NCBI GenBank assembly: GCA_004764695.1
Contig: SMSO01000008.1
Coordinates: forward strand, 868,001-932,000
Direction: 5' to 3'
Source of the DNA: Schizochytrium sp. TIO01
Taxonomy: Eukaryota > Protista > Bigyra: Labyrinthulomycetes
Length of the DNA: 64,000 nt
In this document: one piece after another, positions 37,829 to 47,358 of the stretch
How positions within the stretch are numbered: position 1 is the stretch's first letter
Layout: every line of letters starts with the position of its first letter
Position numbers and translations under genes: made by a program
Notes under the pieces: model-generated
Database searches by the model: none
What the model was told of the DNA's origin: nothing
Seen by the model: only the letters and a program-made list of their open reading frames with translations

Positions 37829-39790
37829 TTATTCCGCTTTAACAAAACCAAAGACCGAGTCGAAGTACTGGTTGTCTTTCTCAAGATGGTCCACGGACGC
37901 AGCTACTTTCGACATACCAAAGTCAATCAGGCGAACCGTCTCTAGTTCATCAATTACAAAGTTACGCAACTGAATGTCACGATGCGCAACACCACGAGCA
38001 TGAACAGCATCAAGCGCCGCGCGTGCCTTTTGCTTAATTTCCATAGTGATCTTACCTTTGTAAAAATCTAGAGACGTGCCATGACAACTCACCGCCAAAA
38101 TTAAATCATTGAACACGTGCCGGCCGCCGTAAAAATAAAAGGGAACATGCAAACCCCATAAAGGGCGCAGTGCTTCGTAAACTCGCATCTCATTCTCAAA
38201 GCTAGCGGTCGCCGCGGCAATGTACTCCTCAGAGTCCTCCTTGGGCGTCATCACCTTGACAATAAAATCAAGCCCACACGCTGTCGAATGCTGTGCGAAA
38301 GAATACTGACCCTCAGAATAAGTATGGAGCACATCATAAAGGCCGCCACGGTACGGAAATTCCTTCATCTTGAACGGCAGGCGATTCTGAAGCATCTTCA
38401 AAAGATGCGACAGATCGTCAGTCTCCTTTGTATCAGTTTCAGCTGCAGTCAAATCAGGATCAGCCGAATCAGAACTTGAGTCTTGCGTAGACACGGCTTC
38501 TGTATCACCACGCAGAGACTGGCGAAGATTGTTCACTTTACGATTAACAATCTTAGACACAGACCTTGCCATTTGTTTAAGCTTGTCTACTTTAGTTGTT
38601 TGCTTGTCCAGCCTTCCAAGATAATGATTGTACATATTCATCCACTCTTCATACTCTTTTAGATTTTGAGAACCTTTACCAGGAGTGGTATTTGCAATCT
38701 TTTCAAGCATCTCTTTTGATAGCTCGGTCCGGGATCCGTTTCGCAAAGCGTTGATAATGAACGCCGCGTAAGCAAACTTGACAGTCCCTAGTCCTTGATC
38801 TGTGCCATAATAGCACTTTGAGACCATCAATTGATTATCCGCAGTCAGCTTCAGAAACCAGGTGCGATCAGTGGTACTCAGGACCCCGTAACAAACAAAC
38901 GCGCGGATCATATATACGTAAATCTGTATGATCGGAGTCAGATATCTGTTATCGCTGCTCGATTTTTTAGGAAATTTAAGATTGAATTGCTCCCAATACT
39001 TGACCAGATCATCGATAACAACCTCTTCCTCGTCGTCGTCATCATTATCCAGGTCTATTACAACCTTATCACGCGGCAGTCCAACTGGAAAAACATTTGG
39101 CGCTTTTTGTTCATGGACTATAAAGATTCTCAGATTGCTGTTTCTAGAATGATACCCACCGATGCCACACGTATCAAGTCCAGCCTCATCATTCGGATCA
39201 ACATATCGCATCAACACACCATCTGGTTTGAATCCTGGATGGCTATTTTCTTTAACAAAAGCTACACATTGACGTTGCAGATCAGGAACTGCATAGACCA
39301 CTTTATCAATGAAAGGAGTCATAAACTTCTCTTTTAAGGCATCCAGTGAAAGACCTTCATCAGGATTCAAACCTTGGCGATTGTAATACGTTTCGAAATA
39401 GTCTGGGTCAACGTATATGTTGAGATATGGTTCTTGCCCGTTTGCGATCTTTTCAAATTGCATTTCAGTTTCGAAATTCTCCCAAGCGACCAATGCAGAT
39501 GGGCTAATATTCAACTTCTGTTGCTGGTTTCTCGAACCATCTCGTGACTGGGTAAACCTAGTTGTCGGAGACGACAGGCCACTTTGATCCCGCCGGTCTT
39601 GGCTAGCTCTAGACTGTGTTCGAGGTCTCGAGGTAGGAGGTCTCCATTGTTCAACAAGCGGCTCTTCGAGCAGAGGATTCATGCATATTGCGTAATAAGC
39701 AACTTGCAAGGCACGTTGGGCAATCCTGGCCTCGGGGGGCTTCAAACGGTGGTCACCACCGTCTCTGTTGTTGTTCCAGGATCTCTTCAT
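37829..39790 (-). CDS. PD-(D/E)xK restriction-endonuclease-like domain plus C-terminal kinase (Crinkler/CR-effector-like architecture)
   Basis: KPDGVL..FIVHEQK..IIQIYVYM..YGVLSTTDRTWFL (REase); IVKV, FENEMRVYEAL, HRDIQLRNF, IDFGMS (minimal kinase); first ATG at 39790 (track start is TTG). Confidence 0.8.
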   Translation of the reverse strand: MKRSWNNNRDGGDHRLKPPEARIAQRALQVAYYAICMNPLLEEPLVEQWRPPTSRPRTQSRASQDRRDQSGLSSPTTRFTQSRDGSRNQQQKLNISPSALVAWENFETEMQFEKIANGQEPYLNIYVDPDYFETYYNRQGLNPDEGLSLDALKEKFMTPFIDKVVYAVPDLQRQCVAFVKENSHPGFKPDGVLMRYVDPNDEAGLDTCGIGGYHSRNSNLRIFIVHEQKAPNVFPVGLPRDKVVIDLDNDDDDEEEVVIDDLVKYWEQFNLKFPKKSSSDNRYLTPIIQIYVYMIRAFVCYGVLSTTDRTWFLKLTADNQLMVSKCYYGTDQGLGTVKFAYAAFIINALRNGSRTELSKEMLEKIANTTPGKGSQNLKEYEEWMNMYNHYLGRLDKQTTKVDKLKQMARSVSKIVNRKVNNLRQSLRGDTEAVSTQDSSSDSADPDLTAAETDTKETDDLSHLLKMLQNRLPFKMKEFPYRGGLYDVLHTYSEGQYSFAQHSTACGLDFIVKVMTPKEDSEEYIAAATASFENEMRVYEALRPLWGLHVPFYFYGGRHVFNDLILAVSCHGTSLDFYKGKITMEIKQKARAALDAVHARGVAHRDIQLRNFVIDELETVRLIDFGMSKVAASVDHLEKDNQYFDSVFGFVKAE

Positions 39791-40044
39791 CGTAGGGGCT
39801 TTTATCTGGTGTTCGGGTACTGCTTCGTTCAAGTTGTTGATTTGTTGGTTTGCTGACTTTGTTTAAGTTTTTGGTTTGCTTATTTTTTTTGTTGTTGTTG
39901 ACTTACTAGTAAAATAAATAAATAATAATAATAATAGGACTGTATCAAAAATTCATCTGAAAACAAATAAAAACTTAAGTATTTGTAACTAAAAAACAAA
40001 GAACAAAAGAGCGGCGCGCGCCAACATATAGTTATTATTTATTA

Positions 40045-40599
40045 TTAATAATGTTGTAGCACAACGCGCACACCAGTTTGATCGTTCTGATTGATCGTGT
40101 GCACATACTCGATGGTTTTCTCGGTCACGCGAGATTGAAAGTCAATCTTGACGTCGGTCATGAGATCGTTCCTCTCGTTCAGCATCTTCAAGAAAGGCTC
40201 TAACGAGCGAACCTCGCTGCCACAGCACTCATCGACTGCCAGAATGTACGCATCAAGCGGCTTTGCCAAGTCAAGACATCCAATCATGTTTTGGAAACCT
40301 TCAAGACTACAGTCCTTGAGCGCACCTACAAATGCAAGACTCAAGGGCGCACTGCGTACAAGTGCGTCATTCAGTTGCTCACATTTCCACAGGCATGAGG
40401 TATCAGAACGAAGCGTTATCTTCCGGACATAGCAGCCCGACATACCAAGCGGACTATAGAGCAAAGCGTGCTGCCAAGCATGCAATGCCTCAAGAGTCCC
40501 ATGCGATCCAATCTTAAACTCCAGATCGATTTGGTGATTACCTATTATATAAGGCAACAGTCTGAATGGAAACTGATCATCTTGAGTCTCGAAGCGCAT
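40045..40599 (-). CDS. hypothetical protein (orphan)
   Basis: 184 aa from the first ATG, globular-looking composition, flanked by AT-rich intergenics; start uncertain. Confidence 0.55.
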   Translation of the reverse strand: MRFETQDDQFPFRLLPYIIGNHQIDLEFKIGSHGTLEALHAWQHALLYSPLGMSGCYVRKITLRSDTSCLWKCEQLNDALVRSAPLSLAFVGALKDCSLEGFQNMIGCLDLAKPLDAYILAVDECCGSEVRSLEPFLKMLNERNDLMTDVKIDFQSRVTEKTIEYVHTINQNDQTGVRVVLQHY

Positions 40600-40877
40600 G
40601 ACCACTCGCGCAGGTTGTTCGCTTCGCTCATTGTGCACTCTCCGATTTGGTTATGTTTTATTATTGATTTTTTTATTATTTTGTTAATAAATTAATCATG
40701 ATGGTTTACGTGTGTTTAAACAATGACGAAAAAGTTCGTAGATCTGATGCTAGTGGTTATCGCTAGGTTAGCATTATATTCATTTTAGATCGGCGATTTG
40801 GACTTGAGTGCGTCGATTGATTTTTTTAAAAATTAATTATAATTTTGAAAGTACACACTGATTATATTGCGTAGATG

Positions 40878-41058
40878 GCAGTGAGTCGAAGAAAAAAGAG
40901 TAGCTTGTACTGGTTCTGCAGTGAAACGAAGAAAAAAGAGTAGCTTGTACTGGTTCTGCAGTGAATCGAAGAAAAAAGAGTAGCTTGTACTGGTTCTGCA
41001 GTGAATCGAAGAAAAAAGAGTAGCTTGTACTGGTTCTGCAGTGAGTCGAAGAAAAAGC
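40878..41058. repeat. tandem array of ~4.5 copies of a 40-bp unit
   Basis: GCAGTGA(A/G)(T/A)CGAAGAAAAAAGAGTAGCTTGTACTGGTTCT, period 40. Confidence 0.97.
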
Positions 41059-41061
41059 AGA

Positions 41062-41249
41062 GCTAGCTTTGTCTATTGGTCAATAAGTGAGTTGTGCAGC
41101 CACAATAGCCAATTTGGAGAACAGCCAATATGGGATTTAAAGAACAGGCTAACTGGCTAATAGTCAACTATGGGGTAATAGCAATAGAGAATAAATCAGA
41201 ATAACATGGAGCTCTCTGTGGCTAGCTTTGTCTATTGGTCAATAAGTGA
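41062..41249. repeat. 29-bp direct repeat pair
   Basis: GCTAGCTTTGTCTATTGGTCAATAAGTGA at 41062-41090 and 41221-41249. Confidence 0.9.
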
Positions 41250-41319
41250 TTCCCACAATGGCCATAGAACTGTCAGTTAGTAATAGGACAAAAATGAGAT
41301 TAAAGCCGAGAGAAACTAT

Positions 41320-43524
41320 TTATTTATGATGATTGTGATGTTTAGGCTTGGAAATAACTTTTTTATGAATAACATGAGGATGTGGAGCTTGCTCAATGAC
41401 CAAAGGAGCTTCCTCGTCAAAACGCTGTTCGGTTTGATCAGACGGCGGGCGACAACATGCCAAACAACAACAAAATAAACAAGGAACACCAATCGAAACA
41501 GAAATAATAATATAAAGGCGAGTGAAACTGACAATCGTTGTACTCTGCGGTGGAATATATTCATCATGAATATAACAAGTTAAGTTAGCACCCGTAACAG
41601 AAATACCAGCCGTAACTGCTTGTGCATCTTGCTCTACATTTGCACAATAATCAGTCGTCGAGTCCTGATCATCGGTGAAATTGAGCGCAGAACATACCCG
41701 CTTAAACCTAAAATTATTAAGTAAAACAGTTTGCTGATCAGACATACCATTCAACTGCTGGAAAGGTGATGTCTCTATCGATAAAGCTTCCCAATTGACA
41801 TACAAAATACAATCACCCAGAGAGGTATCAATCATAAGAGCACGACATGCCAAAGGATTCTCTGAACAAATGTTCTCACAAAGCTCCAAAAGACTCGACT
41901 GATATTTCTGTCCTATATATCCTGTGCGATGACGCAGAACATAAGCAGTCTCAAGATCGCAAATGCGAGGCGAAACAGGCGTGTAAGCACTCGCTATCGT
42001 AGCATCCGCCTGAAAAACCATCGTGTAATCATAACGAGCATAACAAACACTCGAAATGACCGTCTCTTGACCAAGCGTAGAAGACACCAAATGCCACGTA
42101 TCTCTCTCAGGCTCCGCAATATACTGATAAAGCTGAGCAACATTCCACGTTCGATCAGCCTCATAAGGCACAGACCCAACAAACAAAGAACCAAGCTTTT
42201 TGAAATTAGTCCAAAGCTGACTAAACGAATTTACATCAAAGTCCAAAAAGGCCTTTACAGAAGTATAAAGCGTACACTTTGCAAGAACCGTGTCTCGATC
42301 ACCAAAGGTAACCATGAAACCCTTGCACATTGCTTTATGCTTCTCACAGTAGTCCCTACAAAAGGCAACCTTTTCATCGTCCATCTGAAAAATGTTCGAC
42401 ATCGCCATTGCCTGAGCCTGCGCCTGCGTAAGCCCATCAGTCAAATTAAAGGTAAACGAAGCACTAATTGGCGCAGAGTAAGAAGCCGAAGTACAGCGCG
42501 CACCACCAGTATATAGATAAACAGATTCAGTGTCACTATAAGGACTTACAACGCCAGGCTTTGTGACGCAAGTAATACTCGTATCTGCAACATTTGAAGT
42601 CAACTGGCGAGCACTGCGCCAAAGCTTGATTTTTCTTTGCTGATAAGTGACCTCGCGATATGTATAAGCATCAAGCGCAGCGACCTCCGAACGAAGCAAA
42701 AAGTTGCAGCGCGTATGCAAAGAACTGTTTTGGCGAACAATATACTCGACGCCTGCACACCAATCATTTGCACAACATAAAGCGCTACATTCATCAAAGA
42801 CTTCAATATTCGTCGAAGGCACATCAAGAGAATAAACATAACCATCTTTCACTGCGCCCATACAATTACCCATTCGCACGGTCTTGAGCTGAACGCGGCA
42901 CCCAGATGTCGCAAACTCTGCATGATCATTCGGATTGTTTTGATTTGTACTAATTCGATAAGGTTGAACTTGGTCTGTTGTACACTGAGCAAGTTTGCTA
43001 GCGTCGACGCAGTCAAGCAACTGTGCAGCCTCACTCTGCTGAGGCCACGCGAGATCTCCTTGGCCTGCATTCAACGCATCGTCAGTCAGCAGCTCGCAGT
43101 TGCCATCGTAGATGTTAAATCCTAAGCAAAAGTCATTATTATATCTGCACATTGCTCTACACTTGACGGTGTCCCAAGTGAAGTCTTCGGGTCTGTCCAG
43201 CACCATGGTTGTGCCTGTCGAAAAAGGACTGATCGCTCTGACTCCCTCACCCACCGAGCAGAAATCATCGACCGAGCTTGCTAAGGAGTCTTGTTCACTG
43301 TCATCACCATCTGCGCAATCGACCAAAAAGATAGCACTCTGCGAAGCATCCACCTCGAGCTCGCTCGCCAGCGATGAACGCAAGAAAATCGCATAATTGT
43401 CATCATCAGTCATGCCTCTACTCAAATGAATCTTGCCAGCTAAAGTCGTTAGATTCCAACTGGTTGAAGCGGGCAAGCTCTGAGGCCAGCTGTAGTCGTC
43501 ACCTGCCCACGAAGGCATCATCAC
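41320..43524 (-). CDS. Cys-rich type I surface glycoprotein with four PAN/apple-like modules; probably 5'-truncated
   Basis: CRAMC..CLGF..CELL; CSALC..CAGV..CNFL; CRDYC..CKGF..CTLY; CENIC..CRAL..CILY; many N-glycosylation sequons; TM followed by CCCLACC; no signal peptide. Confidence 0.8.
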   Translation of the reverse strand: MMMPSWAGDDYSWPQSLPASTSWNLTTLAGKIHLSRGMTDDDNYAIFLRSSLASELEVDASQSAIFLVDCADGDDSEQDSLASSVDDFCSVGEGVRAISPFSTGTTMVLDRPEDFTWDTVKCRAMCRYNNDFCLGFNIYDGNCELLTDDALNAGQGDLAWPQQSEAAQLLDCVDASKLAQCTTDQVQPYRISTNQNNPNDHAEFATSGCRVQLKTVRMGNCMGAVKDGYVYSLDVPSTNIEVFDECSALCCANDWCAGVEYIVRQNSSLHTRCNFLLRSEVAALDAYTYREVTYQQRKIKLWRSARQLTSNVADTSITCVTKPGVVSPYSDTESVYLYTGGARCTSASYSAPISASFTFNLTDGLTQAQAQAMAMSNIFQMDDEKVAFCRDYCEKHKAMCKGFMVTFGDRDTVLAKCTLYTSVKAFLDFDVNSFSQLWTNFKKLGSLFVGSVPYEADRTWNVAQLYQYIAEPERDTWHLVSSTLGQETVISSVCYARYDYTMVFQADATIASAYTPVSPRICDLETAYVLRHRTGYIGQKYQSSLLELCENICSENPLACRALMIDTSLGDCILYVNWEALSIETSPFQQLNGMSDQQTVLLNNFRFKRVCSALNFTDDQDSTTDYCANVEQDAQAVTAGISVTGANLTCYIHDEYIPPQSTTIVSFTRLYIIISVSIGVPCLFCCCLACCRPPSDQTEQRFDEEAPLVIEQAPHPHVIHKKVISKPKHHNHHK

Positions 43525-43729
43525 AGTTAGATTCAGTTCCTGCTCTTAATATTTATTTTGTATTGATCAACGAGTTCCAAGTCTGCTTTTGGATACTTCG
43601 ATTCTCTCGCGCGTAGACGCGTTGAGGCGCATTGAAGGAGCGTGGCGGGAGTGCTTCAAGAGTTCTTGCGACCAAGCAGAAATCAATCTAGCTCTTTGTC
43701 GAGTCTGTGTGCTTGGGTGGGAGCGAACG

Positions 43730-45043
43730 ATGATTAGTGCCTTAGCGCTGATTAATGACCGCGGCGAAGTCGTGCTGTATCGGGCGTACAGAGACGACGT
43801 GAGCCGCGAAGCTGCCGAGGCATTCCGATTAGAGGTTGTAGCTAAGAAAGAAGCGGGAAATGTGGCCCCTGTACAGCTCATAGACTCGACTTCGTTTATG
43901 CATACTCGCAAGAACAAGCTGTATTTCACAGCGATCACCAAGAGCAACGGGAACCCAGCCCTTGTCTTTGAGTTCCTGTACCAGCTACAGCGCGTGGTCG
44001 CTGCATACCTGGGCGAAGATTTTACAGAGAACGATGTGCGTAGCAACTTCACTCTAATTTACGAGCTACTGGATGAGGCTCTCGATTTTGGTTATCCGCA
44101 GAACTGCTCAGTCGATGCGCTCAAGCTGTACATAAATTTGGGAAAGCTACGTGAGAAGCCCAAGTCAAACGAAAAAGTTAAGCAGATCACCGCGCAAATC
44201 ACAGGCGCAATCGACTGGCGACAACCGGGTATTAAATATCGTCATAATGAGGTTTACGTAGATGTAATGGAAGAGGTGAGCTTGATGGTGTCCGTCGATG
44301 GAAGCATCCTCAATAGTGAGGCACGTGGAATTGTAAGAATGAAGACCTTTCTCACAGGTATGCCAGAGTGTCAGCTTGCACTCAATGACAAACTTCTTAT
44401 GGATATGGAAACCTCCCTTAGCGAGCCTCTTGGTGGCGTTGCAAAGAACAGCAAAAGCAACGTTGAGCTAGAAGACTGTACATTCCACCGATGCGTTAGT
44501 CTTAGCCAATTCGACACTGATCGCACAGTGACGTTTATTCCTCCTGATGGGGAGTTTGAGCTCATGAGCTATCGTATCACGAATAGTATTAGCCTCCCTT
44601 TTCGTTTAATTCCTGTTGTAGAAGAGCATGGAAAGACCAAAGTCCTCTACAATATACGTCTTATTTCGCAGGTTCCTGCTGACGAGTCTGCTCAAAACAT
44701 CATGGTTCGCATTCCTTGCCCACCAAATACAGCAAATTCAAAACCACACGTGACAAAAGGAAGAGCCCGATATGATCCGACACAACACGCAATAATTTGG
44801 CGTCTTCGCAAATTTGTGGGGAAAAGTGAGGCTACTTTTACCTGTGCAGTGGAAACTATCCCTAGTACGAAGGAAAAAGCCTGGTCTAGACCGCCTATCC
44901 AAATGGATTTCGCAGTTCCAATGTGGGCGGCGTCAGGGCTGAAAGTACGGTACCTCAAAGTAGTTGAAAAGTCTGGTTATAAAACAAAGAATTTTGTGAA
45001 ACTTTTCACAAAAGCCTCAGACTCTTACCAAATTCGCATTTAA
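43730..45043 (+). CDS. AP2M1: AP-2 clathrin adaptor complex mu subunit
   Basis: MISALALINDRGEVVLYRAYRDDV, NFTLIYELLDEALDFGYPQ, ITGAIDWR, DCTFHRCV, FIPPDGEFELMSY, WSRPPIQMDFAVPM; true ATG at 43730. Confidence 0.93.
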   Translation: MISALALINDRGEVVLYRAYRDDVSREAAEAFRLEVVAKKEAGNVAPVQLIDSTSFMHTRKNKLYFTAITKSNGNPALVFEFLYQLQRVVAAYLGEDFTENDVRSNFTLIYELLDEALDFGYPQNCSVDALKLYINLGKLREKPKSNEKVKQITAQITGAIDWRQPGIKYRHNEVYVDVMEEVSLMVSVDGSILNSEARGIVRMKTFLTGMPECQLALNDKLLMDMETSLSEPLGGVAKNSKSNVELEDCTFHRCVSLSQFDTDRTVTFIPPDGEFELMSYRITNSISLPFRLIPVVEEHGKTKVLYNIRLISQVPADESAQNIMVRIPCPPNTANSKPHVTKGRARYDPTQHAIIWRLRKFVGKSEATFTCAVETIPSTKEKAWSRPPIQMDFAVPMWAASGLKVRYLKVVEKSGYKTKNFVKLFTKASDSYQIRI

Positions 45044-45072
45044 CCCGACCCTGATATCAAAGCAACCTCTTC

Positions 45073-45130
45073 AAATCACTGATTCCTTTTTATGTTTCTC
45101 GAAATCACTGTTTCCTTTTTATGTTTCTCG
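45073..45130. repeat. 29-bp tandem duplication in the AP2M 3' region
   Basis: AAATCACTG(A/T)TTCCTTTTTATGTTTCTCG x2. Confidence 0.85.
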
Positions 45131-45846
45131 CTGCTGACCATACGCTTTGCCTCTGCTACTCCAGCTTAAGCCATCAATGTTTTCAGGATTCTTATGAAAA
45201 CTGTAAATGCAGCTTTTCAGTTCTACTAGCTAGTAGTATGCACCTATAAACTGCAAAATAACATCAATTTAATACTCTTGATGAATTTCTACAAATAAAG
45301 ACACAATACAAACCATTTTCTTTCCACAATAACCCTGGAGAAGTATCCTGCAAGACCACAAAGTTTGCTCTAAAGGAGTTCCTCCAATTTACTGATGATT
45401 ACTTATGCTTGGTCTCAGTTTGTTGGTGACAAATTCCCTGTGCAATATTGACCTTTTCCCTTCTTGATGCCCTTCTGGTCAAATACAGGCCCTCACTCTC
45501 GCTTAGACATAGAACAAGGCGCAGCAATGGTTGGAAAAAGCCAACAAACATGCTATTCCTAGCTTAGAGTTAGTCAAAGTAGGAAGTTAGATAACAAAAG
45601 GTTAATAAAAACAAAGTCGCAGTTAGACTTTTCGTTTACACGCCCAGACCCCAATTGAAGTTGCCCTCGGCCACCAAACTAAAAACAATTGAGCTTTCGC
45701 CACTCAAACGCAAGTGCTCTGCAAAGGTGCCTTTCAGGGAAAAGCTGCGGCACTCTAGAGGCTGTGCTTTACGAACTAATATATTGATTGAGACAAGTTG
45801 ATTTCTGTCGTTCGTTGTTGATTTCTAAGAAACAACTTAGGCGAAC

Positions 45847-47358
45847 ATGAGCAGTGACGGCGAAGCTCACGCGAGCAAACGTGCTCGTACCGACGATGGA
45901 GCTGCTGAGGCCGAAAAGGGAAACGCATCCGCCGCCGCGAGCAGTATTTTCAGCAGTGTAATGCAGCGTCTCGCAGGTCGTGCAAGCTCCACAACAGCAG
46001 CAGTTCCTAAGACCCAAGATTCCACGACCAGCAAAGACAAAGCCAAAGAGACCTTCGAGGCCGCTTTAAAAGAAGCAGCAGCAGCAGCAGCAGCAGCCAG
46101 CGCAAAGGAGAAGTCATCTGCAAATGAAAGTGGCACTGCCGATGCCGCTGAGGAAGATGACAAGCTTGACGACGATGGAAACCGCATCTTGCCAGAAGAC
46201 TACCCTGAGGAGTTCGTGAATTTGGTGTCAGAATGCGTCGAAATCGAGGTGCAGAATGTTGGCTCGACGAAACCAATGTTCACACATCAAGTTTTCACAC
46301 GAGACAAATACATTTTGGGGTATAAGAATGTCAAAGCGAAGTTCTCATACACGGCACGGTGGCGTCTGCTGATGCAAGTTACGCATGAAGGCGTCATGCC
46401 TGAGGTTCGCAGGAAGGCCACGTGGGAGGTGGACAAAGATCCGCTCGAAATGGCACGGCAAAGCGGAATTGTACCAATTTATGGGGAAGCTACAAGCGTT
46501 ACGGAGGACCCTGAGGTCTTTGCTACTTGGGAACGCGAGGACAAGGAGCTCGAGGCCGCCGAGCCTGGCCTAAGCGGTGCTGAAGTAGTCTCTGCCACAG
46601 ATGAGGTCGAGATGCTTTACGTGCCAGAGGTGTATGCAAACGAAAATCGGCGCATGCTGCTGAGCCGTCTCCAGGCCATGTCGTTCTGGTTCATTGAGAC
46701 GGCACAACAAACTGATGCGGAAGACCCACGCTGGTCTCTTTATGTTATGCGAGTACCGTCAGGCCCACTGATCGGTTTCGTGTCTGTCTTTCAATTCAAC
46801 AATCCAATCCACAAGAAGCAACCGTTTACTTGGCGTATCTGCCAAACCGTAGTTTTGCCCCCTGTGCAGTACCACGGTATTGGACAACGTGCTGTGAAGG
46901 ATATCTATCTTCGAGCAATCAATAATGACCAAGTCTATGAGCTCAACGTTGAAGATCCCTGCCCGGCCTTTGTGCGCTTGCGAGATGCCGTGGAGCTTAC
47001 CCTTTGTCTAGAAAACGGTGTCTTTAAGGGAGTATCGCTTGCGGAAGAAGACGATACAGGTGCCTTGGCATCTGCATCTTTGGAAGCCATCCACTCGTCC
47101 ATGAAGGTTTCTCGTAGGCAAGCACAGCGTTGCTATGATATGTATCAGCTGTTTAAGCTTGAGCAAAACGAAAATGAAGAAACTATGCGCAAGTACCGTC
47201 TACAGCTCAAGCGACGTATTTTTCAAAATAATGTGGAGGGCGTCCAGGCTTTACCTCGGGAGGACCTGAAACGTAATTTGCATCTTCTTTATAACGATCT
47301 GGTGGATCAATTCCACGGTGCTCTTAAGCGGATCGAAACAAACCTTTTGGACAAGTAA
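45847..47358 (+). CDS. HAT1: histone acetyltransferase type B catalytic subunit (GNAT)
   Basis: PMFTHQVF..ILGYK, FWFIETA, RICQTVVLPPVQYHGIG, NVEDP; N-terminal KRAR NLS-like segment. Confidence 0.85.
   Translation: MSSDGEAHASKRARTDDGAAEAEKGNASAAASSIFSSVMQRLAGRASSTTAAVPKTQDSTTSKDKAKETFEAALKEAAAAAAAASAKEKSSANESGTADAAEEDDKLDDDGNRILPEDYPEEFVNLVSECVEIEVQNVGSTKPMFTHQVFTRDKYILGYKNVKAKFSYTARWRLLMQVTHEGVMPEVRRKATWEVDKDPLEMARQSGIVPIYGEATSVTEDPEVFATWEREDKELEAAEPGLSGAEVVSATDEVEMLYVPEVYANENRRMLLSRLQAMSFWFIETAQQTDAEDPRWSLYVMRVPSGPLIGFVSVFQFNNPIHKKQPFTWRICQTVVLPPVQYHGIGQRAVKDIYLRAINNDQVYELNVEDPCPAFVRLRDAVELTLCLENGVFKGVSLAEEDDTGALASASLEAIHSSMKVSRRQAQRCYDMYQLFKLEQNENEETMRKYRLQLKRRIFQNNVEGVQALPREDLKRNLHLLYNDLVDQFHGALKRIETNLLDK

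Larger units (their letters stand above)
29980..43545. mobile_element. putative integrated foreign island (large-DNA-virus-like fragment or unknown cargo element); boundaries approximate
   Basis: 8 tightly packed ORFs mostly on the - strand, A/T-run intergenics, two tandem arrays, virus-like LAGLIDADG-dUTPase fusion, 5'-truncated terminal gene abutting the AP2M upstream region; no hallmark capsid/integrase gene or TSD seen. Confidence 0.5.

Noticed and set aside
40878-41058. CRISPR-like 40-bp repeats
   Set aside because: Head-to-tail copies with no spacers
29940-43570. Target-site duplication or long terminal inverted repeats for the island
   Set aside because: Both edges were compared by eye and no convincing TSD or TIR was found
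43589-43729. N-terminal extension of AP2M in the ORF track
   Set aside because: It starts at TTG; mu-adaptin homology begins at the ATG at 43730
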